From assembly GCA_038064095.1 (NCBI GenBank), contig JBBTTT010000059.1, forward strand, positions 1 through 34,897: DNA of 34,897 bases, written 5' to 3'. Position numbers and translations under genes: made by a program. Within the stretch, counting starts at the first letter, position 1. Every line of letters starts with the position of its first letter. Positions 24,676 through 33,986 of the stretch are shown piece after piece. Under the pieces are notes generated by a model. The model saw only the letters and a list, made by a program, of their open reading frames with translations, did no database searches and was not told the DNA's origin. This DNA comes from Patescibacteria group bacterium. GTDB lineage: Bacteria; Patescibacteriota; Minisyncoccia; JACROR01.

Positions 24676-25512
24676 ATGACAAAATTAGGCCAGCATTTCT
24701 TAAAATCCGAATCCATTGCCCGAAAAATCGTTGAAACCGCCGGTCTCGCGCCGGACGATCTTGTTTTGGAAATCGGCCCGGGCAAGGGCATCCTGACCGT
24801 TGAACTTCTCAAACGCGCCAAAAAAGTAGTGGCCGTAGAAAAAGACGGTTATTTGGTTGAATTTCTGAAGAAAAAATTTTCCTCCGAGCGCCGCGCCTCT
24901 AAATTGAAAATTATTCACGGGGATGCCTTAAAACTTAATCCTGAAAAACTAATGGAACCAAAAACCAATAAAGCTGATTACAAAATCGTTGCCAATCTTC
25001 CTTATTACATCACTTCGCGTTTTCTGCGCTTATTTTTAACTTCAAAATATCCGCCCAAAGAAATGACTTTAATGGTCCAAAAAGAAGTTGCCCAAAGAAT
25101 CGTCAGCCGACCGCCGAAAACAAACCTGCTGGCTCTTTCCGTCCAAATTTTCGGCCGGCCGAAAATCGCTTTTAAAGTTTCAAAGCAATATTTTTCTCCG
25201 GCGCCGAAAGTGGATTCCGCGGTTATTGCCATTACCGATATCTCCCGCGATTTTTTCATCAAAAACAACATTGAAGAAAAAGAATTTTTTACGCTCGTTA
25301 AAGCCGGTTTTTCTCAAAAACGCAAATTTTTAATCAATAATCTCGCTAATCCCATAAGTGAGACCTATGTAAAATACATAGGTCTCACTTATGGGAAAAA
25401 AGAATGGCGGGAAACTTTTAAAAAATGCGGGATTCCGGAAAAATCCCGGCCGGAAAATCTTTCACTGGAAAACTGGGTTTGTCTTTATAAAAAAAACGGG
25501 GAATGTAAATAA
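24676..25512 (+). CDS. rsmA: 16S rRNA (adenine1518/1519-N6)-dimethyltransferase RsmA/KsgA
   Basis: The motifs are LGQHFL, VLEIGPGKGILT (SAM-binding), IVANLPYYITS and FSQKRKFLINNL. The start is taken at the ATG at 24676 (MTKLGQHFL). Confidence 0.9.
   Translation: MTKLGQHFLKSESIARKIVETAGLAPDDLVLEIGPGKGILTVELLKRAKKVVAVEKDGYLVEFLKKKFSSERRASKLKIIHGDALKLNPEKLMEPKTNKADYKIVANLPYYITSRFLRLFLTSKYPPKEMTLMVQKEVAQRIVSRPPKTNLLALSVQIFGRPKIAFKVSKQYFSPAPKVDSAVIAITDISRDFFIKNNIEEKEFFTLVKAGFSQKRKFLINNLANPISETYVKYIGLTYGKKEWRETFKKCGIPEKSRPENLSLENWVCLYKKNGECK
25351..25395. repeat. Perfect 45-bp palindrome (21-bp stem, 3-nt loop) embedded in frame in rsmA
   Basis: CCCATAAGTGAGACCTATGTA-aaa-TACATAGGTCTCACTTATGGG was read directly. 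It is 15 codons long and encodes PISETYVKYIGLTYG in the variable linker of the RsmA C-terminal domain. Confidence 0.9.
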
Positions 25513-25521
25513 TTCCCCGTT
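25489..25521 (-). terminator. Intrinsic terminator for the minus-strand lipoprotein gene, overlapping the last rsmA codons
   Basis: AACGGGGAAT and ATTCCCCGTT form a 10-bp stem with a 7-nt loop. On the minus strand a T-run follows it. Confidence 0.55.
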
Positions 25522-25550
25522 AAACTCGGCAGGCCGCGAAGCCCCCAAGT

Positions 25551-26243
25551 TTATAAATTCAATTTCCACCCGACCCGCGTATTGCCGATCTGGTAATCCG
25601 TGGGATCGCTGTTTATGGAGAGATGACGGGTGTACGGCCGGCCCTCCGCGCTCTTGAAAACCAACTGGCCGGTGTAAGAATAGACGTTAAACCTATACTG
25701 GTTGAGCGGCAATTTAATGAACAAAACATTGATCCGTTCATAGACATTGCCGTTTTCCGTTCGGCCGGCGGTCTCAAACATAATTTCCTTCGTTTCTCCG
25801 TTTTCTCTAAAACGCAAAGTTACGCTCTGCATGAACGGCGACTCAAAATGAATCGCCTCCAAACCGTCCACTCTAAGCCAACGGGAAGAAAGTTTTTCCC
25901 ACACCCACTTATTTTTTCCTTTATCCCATATTTTTATCCAGCCCGGCGTGAAAACTTCTGCCTGACCATTATACGGGACCCAGATATTTCCTTCTCCCAA
26001 AACGAAAATCTCCGCGTCCTTGCTGACGCCGCGATTATCATTAATAAGCGCTCCCAATCGGGCGTCCTTATTCCGATGAACAAAACCTCCCGGCGAAGTT
26101 TCTAACGGCCCGTTATTTCTAAGATCGTTCGCCAGATTGGCAAGCACCGCCGGCCCGCCTTTTAACGCGAACGTGGAGCCGGAACAACCGCTTAAAACTA
26201 ATAAAACTAAAAAGAAAACTGGTATTACCGTTATTCTTTTCAT
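25551..26243 (-). CDS. Hypothetical lipoprotein
   Basis: It has a signal peptide with the lipobox LVLSGC|SG and no recognisable family. It is divergent from the T4SS-like operon. Confidence 0.7.
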   Translation of the reverse strand: MKRITVIPVFFLVLLVLSGCSGSTFALKGGPAVLANLANDLRNNGPLETSPGGFVHRNKDARLGALINDNRGVSKDAEIFVLGEGNIWVPYNGQAEVFTPGWIKIWDKGKNKWVWEKLSSRWLRVDGLEAIHFESPFMQSVTLRFRENGETKEIMFETAGRTENGNVYERINVLFIKLPLNQYRFNVYSYTGQLVFKSAEGRPYTRHLSINSDPTDYQIGNTRVGWKLNL

Positions 26244-26421
26244 TTTTCATCCTCCTTTTTATTTTTATTTATTTCTCAAAAAACAATCCGCTTAATTTTT
26301 TATATTATATCAAATAATACAAAATTGTCAATGATGTGGATAAAAAAATAGAAAGAATAGGAAAAAAAGTGTTAAAATAAAAATACAGAAACTGACCGCA
26401 AATTTTAATTTTGCCGGTATT

Positions 26422-27384
26422 TTGAACTATCAAATATATTTGCCAAGCAAAAAATTGATCTATTTAATCGCCGGCATAGGCGGAGCGGCGTTATTGCTGT
26501 TTAACTGGCCGATTATTAAATCAGATTCAAGATTCAATCCGCTGGCCGGCGGACAAGATTCAAAAAATCAAAAACTGACGCAAGAGGCGCAACAGGAAGC
26601 GCGAAAAGACAGCGATCAGGATGGCTTAAAAGATTGGGAAGAAACGCTCTGGAAAACCGATCCGCAAAATCCGGACAGCGACAATGACGGAACGCCGGAT
26701 GGCGAAGAAATAAAACAAAACCGCGATCCCAGCAAACCCGGCCCGGACGACAAACTACCCGACTTGGGAGTCCGACTCCCAAGTGAGATTGCGGGCCCAA
26801 ATCCCCAAGATTACGGCGCGACAAATTTAACCGGCCAAATCGCCAAAACTCTCGGTTTTCAGGCTTTCAGCGGCGCGAAAAATAAAGATTTCACCGTGCC
26901 GGCCGATTCGGAACTGCTAGACGCCGCCACGGAAAACACCATAACCGGCTTCACCGCTTCATTTTATCCGCGAATTTCCGAAAACGAACTGATAATCGTT
27001 GAAAACAACGAAAAAAATATCACGGAATATCTCCGGCTGTTCAGCGAGATAATGGCGAAAAATCTCCTGCCAACCCAATCGCAGGAAGAAGTTTTTCTCC
27101 AAGCCGTCCAAGATAAAAATTTTTCCGGCAGCGAAATTTGGATAAATTATTTTCAAGAAACAACAAAAAAACTGAAAACCGCGCCAACGCCGAAAATCGC
27201 CGCGGCTAATCATCAACGAATCATTGAACTGCTGCTCGCTAAAATAAAAGTGCTGGAAAATCTGAAAGAAATTGAGCGCGATCCCCTGAAAACGATGATT
27301 GCCTTCCAGGAACACGAAAAAATCAACGAAGAAATCATGCAAACAATGAAAAATTTTGAAAATTTGTTCAATGCCAGCCAGTAA
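26422..27384 (+). CDS. Membrane-anchored protein with thrombospondin type-3-like Ca-binding repeats
   Basis: It has an N-terminal TM anchor (LIYLIAGIGGAALLLFNW), then DSDQDGLKDWEE...TDPQNPDSDNDGTPDGEE (DxDxDG repeats) and a helical C-terminal domain. The start is a TTG and is uncertain. It is the first gene of the co-directional operon. Confidence 0.6.
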   Translation: MNYQIYLPSKKLIYLIAGIGGAALLLFNWPIIKSDSRFNPLAGGQDSKNQKLTQEAQQEARKDSDQDGLKDWEETLWKTDPQNPDSDNDGTPDGEEIKQNRDPSKPGPDDKLPDLGVRLPSEIAGPNPQDYGATNLTGQIAKTLGFQAFSGAKNKDFTVPADSELLDAATENTITGFTASFYPRISENELIIVENNEKNITEYLRLFSEIMAKNLLPTQSQEEVFLQAVQDKNFSGSEIWINYFQETTKKLKTAPTPKIAAANHQRIIELLLAKIKVLENLKEIERDPLKTMIAFQEHEKINEEIMQTMKNFENLFNASQ

Positions 27385-27400
27385 AAGCGTAAAACGCAAA

Positions 27401-30400
27401 ATGCAAAATAATAATCCAAAACTAAAAACACGAAAAACGATTTTGGGAATCCTGCTGCTGCTGATTTTGTTTTCATCGGTTTCTTTTTATCCGACCAAAG
27501 CGGAAGCTGGTTTGCCTGTCATTGACTGGGTAGCAATTGGAGCCGCAATCGCCGAATTTGCCAAAGATGCGTCGGAAAAAACTATTGATATTTTAACAGC
27601 AGTGTTCCGTAAAATGATTCTGGATATAATCGTGAATGAAATAATCGCCTGGATTTCCGGCGAAGGCACTTCGGCTTTTGACACCGGTGATTGGGGGCAA
27701 TTCTTTGACGAAGCGGCCCAGCAAGCCGGCGGCAAAGCATTGGAAGAAATAACCGGCGCCGGAGTGATGACCCAGCTTTGCGACGCTGATTGGGCCGGAC
27801 AAGTCAGAATCAACCTTCAGCCTCTTAAAAAATTCGGACAAAAAGCCCGCTGCACCTTGCGAGACATCGGCGTGAACTACGATAATTTTATAGAAAATTT
27901 TGAAAACGGCGGCTGGGCCGCCTGGATTAAAATTTCCGAGTCTCAAAATAATCCTTACGGCTATTTTCTGTCCGCAGTGAATGAAAAACTGGCGAAAGAA
28001 ACGCAAAAAAAATTAGGCCTGGAAAAAGAACTGACCGCTTCCGGCGGATTTTTAAGCGATGAGGTTTGCATTAAAGAAGTCTGTGAAGCAGAAAAAAATA
28101 ACGGAATATGTCCTGTTGGTTTTGATGATAAAAACGGAGTTTGTGAAATGACTATATTCTATACATCCAATGAAAATAGAAAAGAAGCGGATTCAGGCAA
28201 GGGCTGTAAATGCGTAAAAACGGAAACCCGCACCCCGGGCAAGATTATGGCGGACTCTTTAAGCAGAACCATTTTCAAGGATTATGATTGGCTGCAGAAA
28301 AATTCGGAATGGTATAATTACGCGGTGGCGATCGGCAACGCGGTTGTCAACCGGCTGACCAAAGAGGGAGTCAGGGCCATAAAAGCCGCGGTCAGGCCCG
28401 GCCAGCCCACTTCTGTTTCCATGGGTATAACCAGTAAAGCGGATTACACGGCGCCGACAACCTTAATTAAAATTCTCAATCCCTGGCGCGCGAAATTGAC
28501 AAGCAGTGAGCCCGGCGACACCTACTATACTCTTGACGGCTCCAAGCCCCGCCTCCGCGCTTCGCCGAAATATGAAGGCGGAGAACTGACCATCGTCAGC
28601 TCCACGGCGCTGAACGCGGCGCCGGCCCAATTAAAATGGCTAAGCGTGGACGATAATTTTAACGCCGAAGATGTCCGCAGTTTGCCGGCTTTCCTGCGCA
28701 GTCCTTTTGATTACAACAAATTAACCGAATATTTAGACAATCAAAACGTCAATGTTCCCGACAGCTTGAAAGAAGCGCTGATGAAATTCTTTGAACAGGA
28801 AGAAAACGGGGAACAAGCCGCGAAAATCAGCAAAGAAACCTTTATCCCCAAGGATATCCGCAATGCTTTGAAAGATTATCTGGGAATAGAAGATTTAAGA
28901 ATTGAACTTGGCAAAATTCCTCTTCTTTCTTCGGAAAGGCGGCTGGCCTTAGATAATATTTTAGCGACTTACGACAATTTAAATCCCGCGGACGACGGGA
29001 AACTGACTGATCTCATCGCGGTTCTGGCTGAAATAAAAAGCGCGGGAATCAGCGCGTTTGCTGACGTTGAAAACAACGCCGTAGACATCAGAAACCGGCG
29101 GGATAATCTGAAATCAACGCTAACCACTCTTAATGGCGTGATCGCCGCGCTTGAAACGTGTTCCAAAGCTCAAAAAGCGGCCACCCCGCAGGAAGGAGAA
29201 ACCGCCGAAGATTTCCAGTTCAGAATCGTCGCTGAATTCAATACTTGCCAAAATCAAGCTCAAACCGGCCTCGGCAATCTCACTCTGGCTAATCTCTCGT
29301 CCGCTTTGGCGAGCGATCCGCTCTTCAACGAACTTAAAGAAAAAACAGATAAAATAATTCTGGAAAATTCTTTGTTCGCGGTTGATCCGACGCCCGGCAA
29401 TTGGACCGGCCCTTCAGCCGCGCTCGCGCCAGCTGACCCTGAACATGTGGTAATTCTTTCGTTTGATCCTTCAAAAACCGGAAATTACAAATCCGGAGCG
29501 ATTTTTTACAAACAAGCGTCTTGGCTAACAGGGGATGGACGAGGTCGCGCTCTTACCCTTTTTTCTTCTCAAAAAAACGGTTTTTATTATAAACAAGCTC
29601 TTGATACGCCGCCGAACATCGGCACGCAAATCTGGTATGGGGCGATTGATGCAAACAACAATTGGACAAAAGAAGAAGCAGCTCCGGAATTTAGCATGTC
29701 AGACGCGCCTTCTCTCGCCAAACTTCCAGCGATCACCGATTTTGTCAAGCCGATCGCGGACATCAGAACCCCTATAGTAAAAGACGGCGAATATTTTATT
29801 TTAAACCCCTTGCTGTCGATTGATAATGACCGCACTCCGCGAATTACCGGCTATGAATGGAATTTTATTGACAATGGCACGACAACTTCGCAATACGAAT
29901 GGGAATCTTTTGATCTAAACCGCGACGGAATTTTTGAAACCCAACAATGCCTTTATAATTTTTTAGCAGGCGCAGAACAAGTTATAACCGGTCCTGGCTC
30001 TCAACAAAATTATTATAAAGTGGCTGGCAGCAACCAAGAAGTCTATAGCTTAAGCTTAAGAAAAGAATATTATGACGCGGCTCACAGCTCGCCTTATCCG
30101 GCTCCAAATACAACGCTGTTAAACTTAAACCTGCAGCCGACCTGCGTAAAATTAGCGGAAGCATCGCAAACTAAATATTATTTAGAAACTTACGAAAACA
30201 ACCAACGAAAATCTTCTGAAGAAATAACTCAAACCGTTTACAATCAAAAATTGAATTCATTAAGTACAAATGAAACAAAAGATAAATTTGACGTCAACAT
30301 CGCTTCCAATTCTTACAAAAGGATTTATATTGCCACTAATCTAATCAACACCGGCGATTATGAAGACATGAAAATTGTTGACGCCAACAACGGCATTATC

Positions 30401-30502
30401 AAAGTAAAATTCACGGCCGACAGCGGGCCGATTACCATCGGCTTAAGAGTGACCGACGATGAAGGCCTTACCGCCGTTGATTCCGTTGTGATAAATCCTT
30501 AA
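27401..30502 (+). CDS. Large (about 1,033 aa) secreted multidomain adhesin-like protein
   Basis: Its signal peptide ends ...FYPTKAEA|GLPVIDW. It contains a Cys-rich module (CIKEVCEAEKNNGICPVGFDDKNGVCE...GKGCKCV). It also has a YYTLDGSKPRLRASPKYEGGELTI motif (chitobiase/FN3-associated type) and a PKD/Ig-like C-terminal end (ITIGLRVTDDEGLTAVDSVVINP). The ATG at 27371 is an alternative start. Confidence 0.7.
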   Translation: MQNNNPKLKTRKTILGILLLLILFSSVSFYPTKAEAGLPVIDWVAIGAAIAEFAKDASEKTIDILTAVFRKMILDIIVNEIIAWISGEGTSAFDTGDWGQFFDEAAQQAGGKALEEITGAGVMTQLCDADWAGQVRINLQPLKKFGQKARCTLRDIGVNYDNFIENFENGGWAAWIKISESQNNPYGYFLSAVNEKLAKETQKKLGLEKELTASGGFLSDEVCIKEVCEAEKNNGICPVGFDDKNGVCEMTIFYTSNENRKEADSGKGCKCVKTETRTPGKIMADSLSRTIFKDYDWLQKNSEWYNYAVAIGNAVVNRLTKEGVRAIKAAVRPGQPTSVSMGITSKADYTAPTTLIKILNPWRAKLTSSEPGDTYYTLDGSKPRLRASPKYEGGELTIVSSTALNAAPAQLKWLSVDDNFNAEDVRSLPAFLRSPFDYNKLTEYLDNQNVNVPDSLKEALMKFFEQEENGEQAAKISKETFIPKDIRNALKDYLGIEDLRIELGKIPLLSSERRLALDNILATYDNLNPADDGKLTDLIAVLAEIKSAGISAFADVENNAVDIRNRRDNLKSTLTTLNGVIAALETCSKAQKAATPQEGETAEDFQFRIVAEFNTCQNQAQTGLGNLTLANLSSALASDPLFNELKEKTDKIILENSLFAVDPTPGNWTGPSAALAPADPEHVVILSFDPSKTGNYKSGAIFYKQASWLTGDGRGRALTLFSSQKNGFYYKQALDTPPNIGTQIWYGAIDANNNWTKEEAAPEFSMSDAPSLAKLPAITDFVKPIADIRTPIVKDGEYFILNPLLSIDNDRTPRITGYEWNFIDNGTTTSQYEWESFDLNRDGIFETQQCLYNFLAGAEQVITGPGSQQNYYKVAGSNQEVYSLSLRKEYYDAAHSSPYPAPNTTLLNLNLQPTCVKLAEASQTKYYLETYENNQRKSSEEITQTVYNQKLNSLSTNETKDKFDVNIASNSYKRIYIATNLINTGDYEDMKIVDANNGIIKVKFTADSGPITIGLRVTDDEGLTAVDSVVINP

Positions 30503-30505
30503 TTT

Positions 30506-32317
30506 ATGGAAAATCCCAAACAATACAAAAAATATATATTGATCGCGCTTGTTGCCTTGACGATCGCTTTGGGGCCGTTTACGGCGAAAACAGCGTTGGC
30601 TTGGCTTCCGAGTCTTTTCCCTTCTATTGAAGATTTAGCCGCTACTTTTGGCAATCTAATCCTTTGGCTGGTTTCCTGGGGCTTATGGCTGACCGCGAAT
30701 CTTTTTGAATATACTCTTAAGCTGACTTTGAAAAACAGCACTTTTGCCAATCTTAGCGTTATTAATCTCGGCTGGAGCATTGTCCGGGACGTGGTTAATC
30801 TCTTTTTTATTTTCATTCTTCTTTACATCGCCATCGGCGCGATTCTTCGCTTGGCCGGCCATGATGCCAAAAAACTCCTGGTTAATCTGATTTTAGCGGC
30901 TCTTTTGATCAACTTCAGCTTAGTGATAACCAAAGTTATCATTGACGCTTCCAATATCCTGGCTTTGGAATTTTACGCGAAAATTAGCGGAGAGAATAAA
31001 AGCGTGACTCAAACTCTGATGAACGGCTTGCACTTAACGTCTATTTATAACAAGGAAGCACTAAAAACTCGGGACGCGCCAGACCCAGAAAAAGCTGGCT
31101 TTGCCAATATTATTTTGGGCACCTTGGGCGGCTCGGCTCTGATTTTGGTGACGGCCTTTGTTTTTTTAGCGGCCACTTTTCTTTTTATCGCCCGAACAAT
31201 CGTGCTTTGGTTTTTAATGATTCTTTCGCCGCTGGCTTTCGGAGCGATGATTTTACCCCAAACCAAAAAACACGCTGACCGCTGGTGGCAAGAACTGACC
31301 TGCCAGTGCCTGCTGGCGCCGGCTTTTATGTTTATGATTTATTTGGTTGTGATGATAATTAAAAATAGTGATTTTAATAGTGCAATCAGCGGTATTACCG
31401 GCCAAGAAACAACCGATAATTTTGCCGCGGCCTTTACGAGCGGCGTAGAAAGCAGTTTAGGCGTTATCCTTAATTTCGTTCTTTTAATCGGCTTGATGAT
31501 CGGCTCCTTGATTGTTTCCAAAAATCTGGCTTGCGCCGGCGGCGCGGAAGCGATGAGAGCCGCTAATTGGACCAAAGGAAAAGTCCAAGGATACGCCAAA
31601 AGCTACGCGAAGAGAGGCGCCGGCGCCGCAGCTGAAGGAGCGATGAAAGGATTAAAAGCGGAAGAAGAAAAAGGAGGTTTTAGAGGGGGTTTTGCCCGCA
31701 CTTTCAAAGCAATCCCGGGCGTGGGCCGCGGTTTGGCCGCGCTTTCCGCGGGCCGGGAAGAAGAACTTGCCGCCAAACGGAAACAATACGCGCAGCAATA
31801 CAAGGGCTACAGCGAAGCCGGCTTGCAAACAATGCTGGAAACGCCGGCTATTGCCCCGGAAAAAAGAAAAGTTATTGAAAGCATCCAAAAAGAAAGGCAA
31901 ATGAAAAAAGAAGCCGAGGTCGGAGAAAAAGCGGCTTACAAAGAAATCGTCGGCGGCGAAGAAACAATAAAAGATAAAGTAACAGGCGAACCAATAAAAA
32001 TAACAACAACCGGCAAACTTGGCGAAATAGACGACCAATTAAAGAAAATAACGGGAGGAAAAAGCAAAGACGCCAGCAGTTATCTGGATAATCTTGAAGC
32101 GCAACTAGAAAACCTAAGAGGAAGCGCTTCGCCCGACGCCTCAACAAAACGGGAAGGAATTATTTTCCAGCGGGGAAAAATTAACAAATTAATGAAAGAA
32201 AAAGAAAAACTGGAAGCAAGAAAAGAAAAACTAGAAGAAAAACAGCAAAGTCAAACAAAAGAAAAGAAACTTGAAGAAAGATTGGGAAAAATTGAAACAG
32301 AAAAACCTAAAACTTGA
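30506..32317 (+). CDS. Polytopic membrane protein, VirB6/TrbL-like, with a long K/E-rich coiled-coil tail
   Basis: About 8-9 hydrophobic helices span residues 1-350 (for example FANIILGTLGGSALILVTAFVFLAATFLFIARTIVLWFLMILSPLAFGAMIL). A roughly 250-aa charged C-terminus follows. The topology and its position next to VirB3/VirB4 homologues fit VirB6/TrbL. Confidence 0.65.
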   Translation: MENPKQYKKYILIALVALTIALGPFTAKTALAWLPSLFPSIEDLAATFGNLILWLVSWGLWLTANLFEYTLKLTLKNSTFANLSVINLGWSIVRDVVNLFFIFILLYIAIGAILRLAGHDAKKLLVNLILAALLINFSLVITKVIIDASNILALEFYAKISGENKSVTQTLMNGLHLTSIYNKEALKTRDAPDPEKAGFANIILGTLGGSALILVTAFVFLAATFLFIARTIVLWFLMILSPLAFGAMILPQTKKHADRWWQELTCQCLLAPAFMFMIYLVVMIIKNSDFNSAISGITGQETTDNFAAAFTSGVESSLGVILNFVLLIGLMIGSLIVSKNLACAGGAEAMRAANWTKGKVQGYAKSYAKRGAGAAAEGAMKGLKAEEEKGGFRGGFARTFKAIPGVGRGLAALSAGREEELAAKRKQYAQQYKGYSEAGLQTMLETPAIAPEKRKVIESIQKERQMKKEAEVGEKAAYKEIVGGEETIKDKVTGEPIKITTTGKLGEIDDQLKKITGGKSKDASSYLDNLEAQLENLRGSASPDASTKREGIIFQRGKINKLMKEKEKLEARKEKLEEKQQSQTKEKKLEERLGKIETEKPKT

Positions 32318-32322
32318 ATTTT

Positions 32323-32916
32323 ATGAAATCTTACACCAGAGAAGAATTAGAAGAAAAATACAAACATCTTCCGCCAGAAATAGAGGAAGCGATTTTCAAC
32401 GTTGGTCTGGATAAAACCTTGGAAGAAATCGGAAAGAAATACAAACTCCGGATAGACCAACTTGGAATTCTGGCCAATGAAACCCGCCTGGTGATGCTGG
32501 GCCTGACTCATCCCAAAGATTTTATCAATAATCTGGCGGAACGGCTGGAATTAAACGAAGAAACCGCCAAAAACATCGCCCAGGAAATAAATCAACGGAT
32601 TTTTCATGAAATCAGGGAAGAATTGAAAAAAATGCACAGCATCAACGAAGCCGCTGATTCAAAATTAAAAACGCTGAACCAAAAGTTTAAAATTCAAGAT
32701 TTAAAGAAGAAATTAATTGAACCGACGCGAGTAATTGAACCGCCGCCGACTGAACCGGCGGAAAAACCGAAAATTCCGGCCACGCCGTTTGAATACAAAC
32801 TAAAAAACGAAGAAGCGGTCCGGGCGCCGCTTGAAGAAATTAAAATTCCAGCCGAACAAAAACCGCCGGATAAAAAATATTCCGCGGGAGATCCGTACCG
32901 CGAACCATTGGAATAA
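32323..32916 (+). CDS. Hypothetical protein: helical N-domain plus Pro/Lys/Glu-rich tail ending in DPYREPLE
   Basis: The ORF is tightly packed in the operon. The start is taken at the ATG at 32323, 6 nt after the upstream stop. No recognised family. Confidence 0.55.
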   Translation: MKSYTREELEEKYKHLPPEIEEAIFNVGLDKTLEEIGKKYKLRIDQLGILANETRLVMLGLTHPKDFINNLAERLELNEETAKNIAQEINQRIFHEIREELKKMHSINEAADSKLKTLNQKFKIQDLKKKLIEPTRVIEPPPTEPAEKPKIPATPFEYKLKNEEAVRAPLEEIKIPAEQKPPDKKYSAGDPYREPLE

Positions 32917-32925
32917 TTTAAGCAT

Positions 32926-33342
32926 ATGCAGTATCAAATTCCGCAATTTACCGAGGTTGAAGACAAAATTTTCGGACCGCTGACTTTCAAGCAGTTCATT
33001 TATGTTTTGGGCGGCGCGGCCTCCGGTTTTATCTTTTGGAGCCTTCTGCCCAAGTGGCTGGCTGTTCTTTTGGGCGTTCCGGTCGGCGGTTTTTTTCTGG
33101 GGCTGGCCTTTTTAAAAATAAACGGCCAGCCCCTGCTTAAAATCCTGACCAGCGCCATAAGTTTTTCCGCCGGTAATCGGCTTTATATTTGGAAAAAAAC
33201 AGAAAAAAAACCGTTAGAAAAGAAAGAAAAAGAAGAGGGGGCGCCCGCGGAAAAAGAAACCCTGGCCCTGCCCAAGCTGACGGAAAGCAAATTAAAAGAA
33301 TTGGCGTGGAGTCTGGACATCCGCCAAAAATTAAGACGCTAA
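32926..33342 (+). CDS. PrgI-family (VirB3-like) small membrane protein
   Basis: The N-terminus YQIPQFTEVEDKIFGPLTFKQFIYVLGG followed by two TM helices is the PrgI-family signature. It lies immediately upstream of the VirB4 homologue, the conserved VirB3-VirB4 order. Confidence 0.7.
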   Translation: MQYQIPQFTEVEDKIFGPLTFKQFIYVLGGAASGFIFWSLLPKWLAVLLGVPVGGFFLGLAFLKINGQPLLKILTSAISFSAGNRLYIWKKTEKKPLEKKEKEEGAPAEKETLALPKLTESKLKELAWSLDIRQKLRR

Positions 33343-33348
33343 GAAATT

Positions 33349-33984
33349 ATGATCTCAAAACCCAGCCAGCAATTAATCCCCATTTCGGAAATCCGCGAAG
33401 ACGTCGTCATTCTGAAAGACGGCTCTTTAAGAATGATTTTAATGGCCTCTTCCATCAATTTTTCCCTTAAGTCCCAAAATGAACAAAAGGCGATTATTGA
33501 TCAATACCAGTATTTCCTGAATACTTTGGATTTTTCCGTCCAATTTTTTGTTCATTCCGCTTCTTTTAATATCAATCCCTATCTCGCGATGATAAAAGAA
33601 AAAGAAAAAGCGCAAACCAACGAGCTTTTAAAAATCCAAACGCGGGAATACGCGGAATTCGTCAAGAATTTCATTGAAACGAACAAAATAATGTCAAAAA
33701 CTTTTTATGCCGCCGTTCCTTACGCGCCCGCGGCCGCCCCCACGGCCGGCGGCTTGCTGGAAAGCTTCAAAAGTTTAATCGGTCAAAAAGAAAAAATTTC
33801 GGAATCGGAAGAAAAATTTTTGGAATATAAAAACCAGCTTTGGCAAAGAATGGACGCGGTCGCTGGAGGATTGGCGCGCTGCGGCGTGCATACCGCGCCG
33901 CTGAAAACCGAGGAATTGATTGAATTATTCTATCAGCTTTACAACCCCGGCGAAACCGAGGAAGGAATAGCGGCAAAAACATAA
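33349..33984 (+). CDS. VirB4-family N-terminal segment (stand-alone ORF or the 5' part of a frameshifted virB4)
   Basis: LIPISEIREDVVILKDGSLRMILMASSINFSLKSQNEQKAIIDQYQYFLNTLDFSVQFFVHS matches the extreme N-terminus of Gram-positive VirB4 homologues as I remember them (Tn916 Orf16/ConE type: IP..I.DG.I....INF.L.S..EQ..I...F..FLN). The ORF stops 2 nt before the next ATG, which is in another frame. Confidence 0.6.
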   Translation: MISKPSQQLIPISEIREDVVILKDGSLRMILMASSINFSLKSQNEQKAIIDQYQYFLNTLDFSVQFFVHSASFNINPYLAMIKEKEKAQTNELLKIQTREYAEFVKNFIETNKIMSKTFYAAVPYAPAAAPTAGGLLESFKSLIGQKEKISESEEKFLEYKNQLWQRMDAVAGGLARCGVHTAPLKTEELIELFYQLYNPGETEEGIAAKT

Positions 33985-33986
33985 TT

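Noticed and set aside
31560-32317. A repetitive-looking K/E-rich stretch at the 3' end of the VirB6-like gene, considered as a possible DNA repeat array.
   Set aside because: It is compositional low complexity (AAA/GAA codons) encoding a charged coiled-coil tail. No exact nucleotide periodicity was seen.
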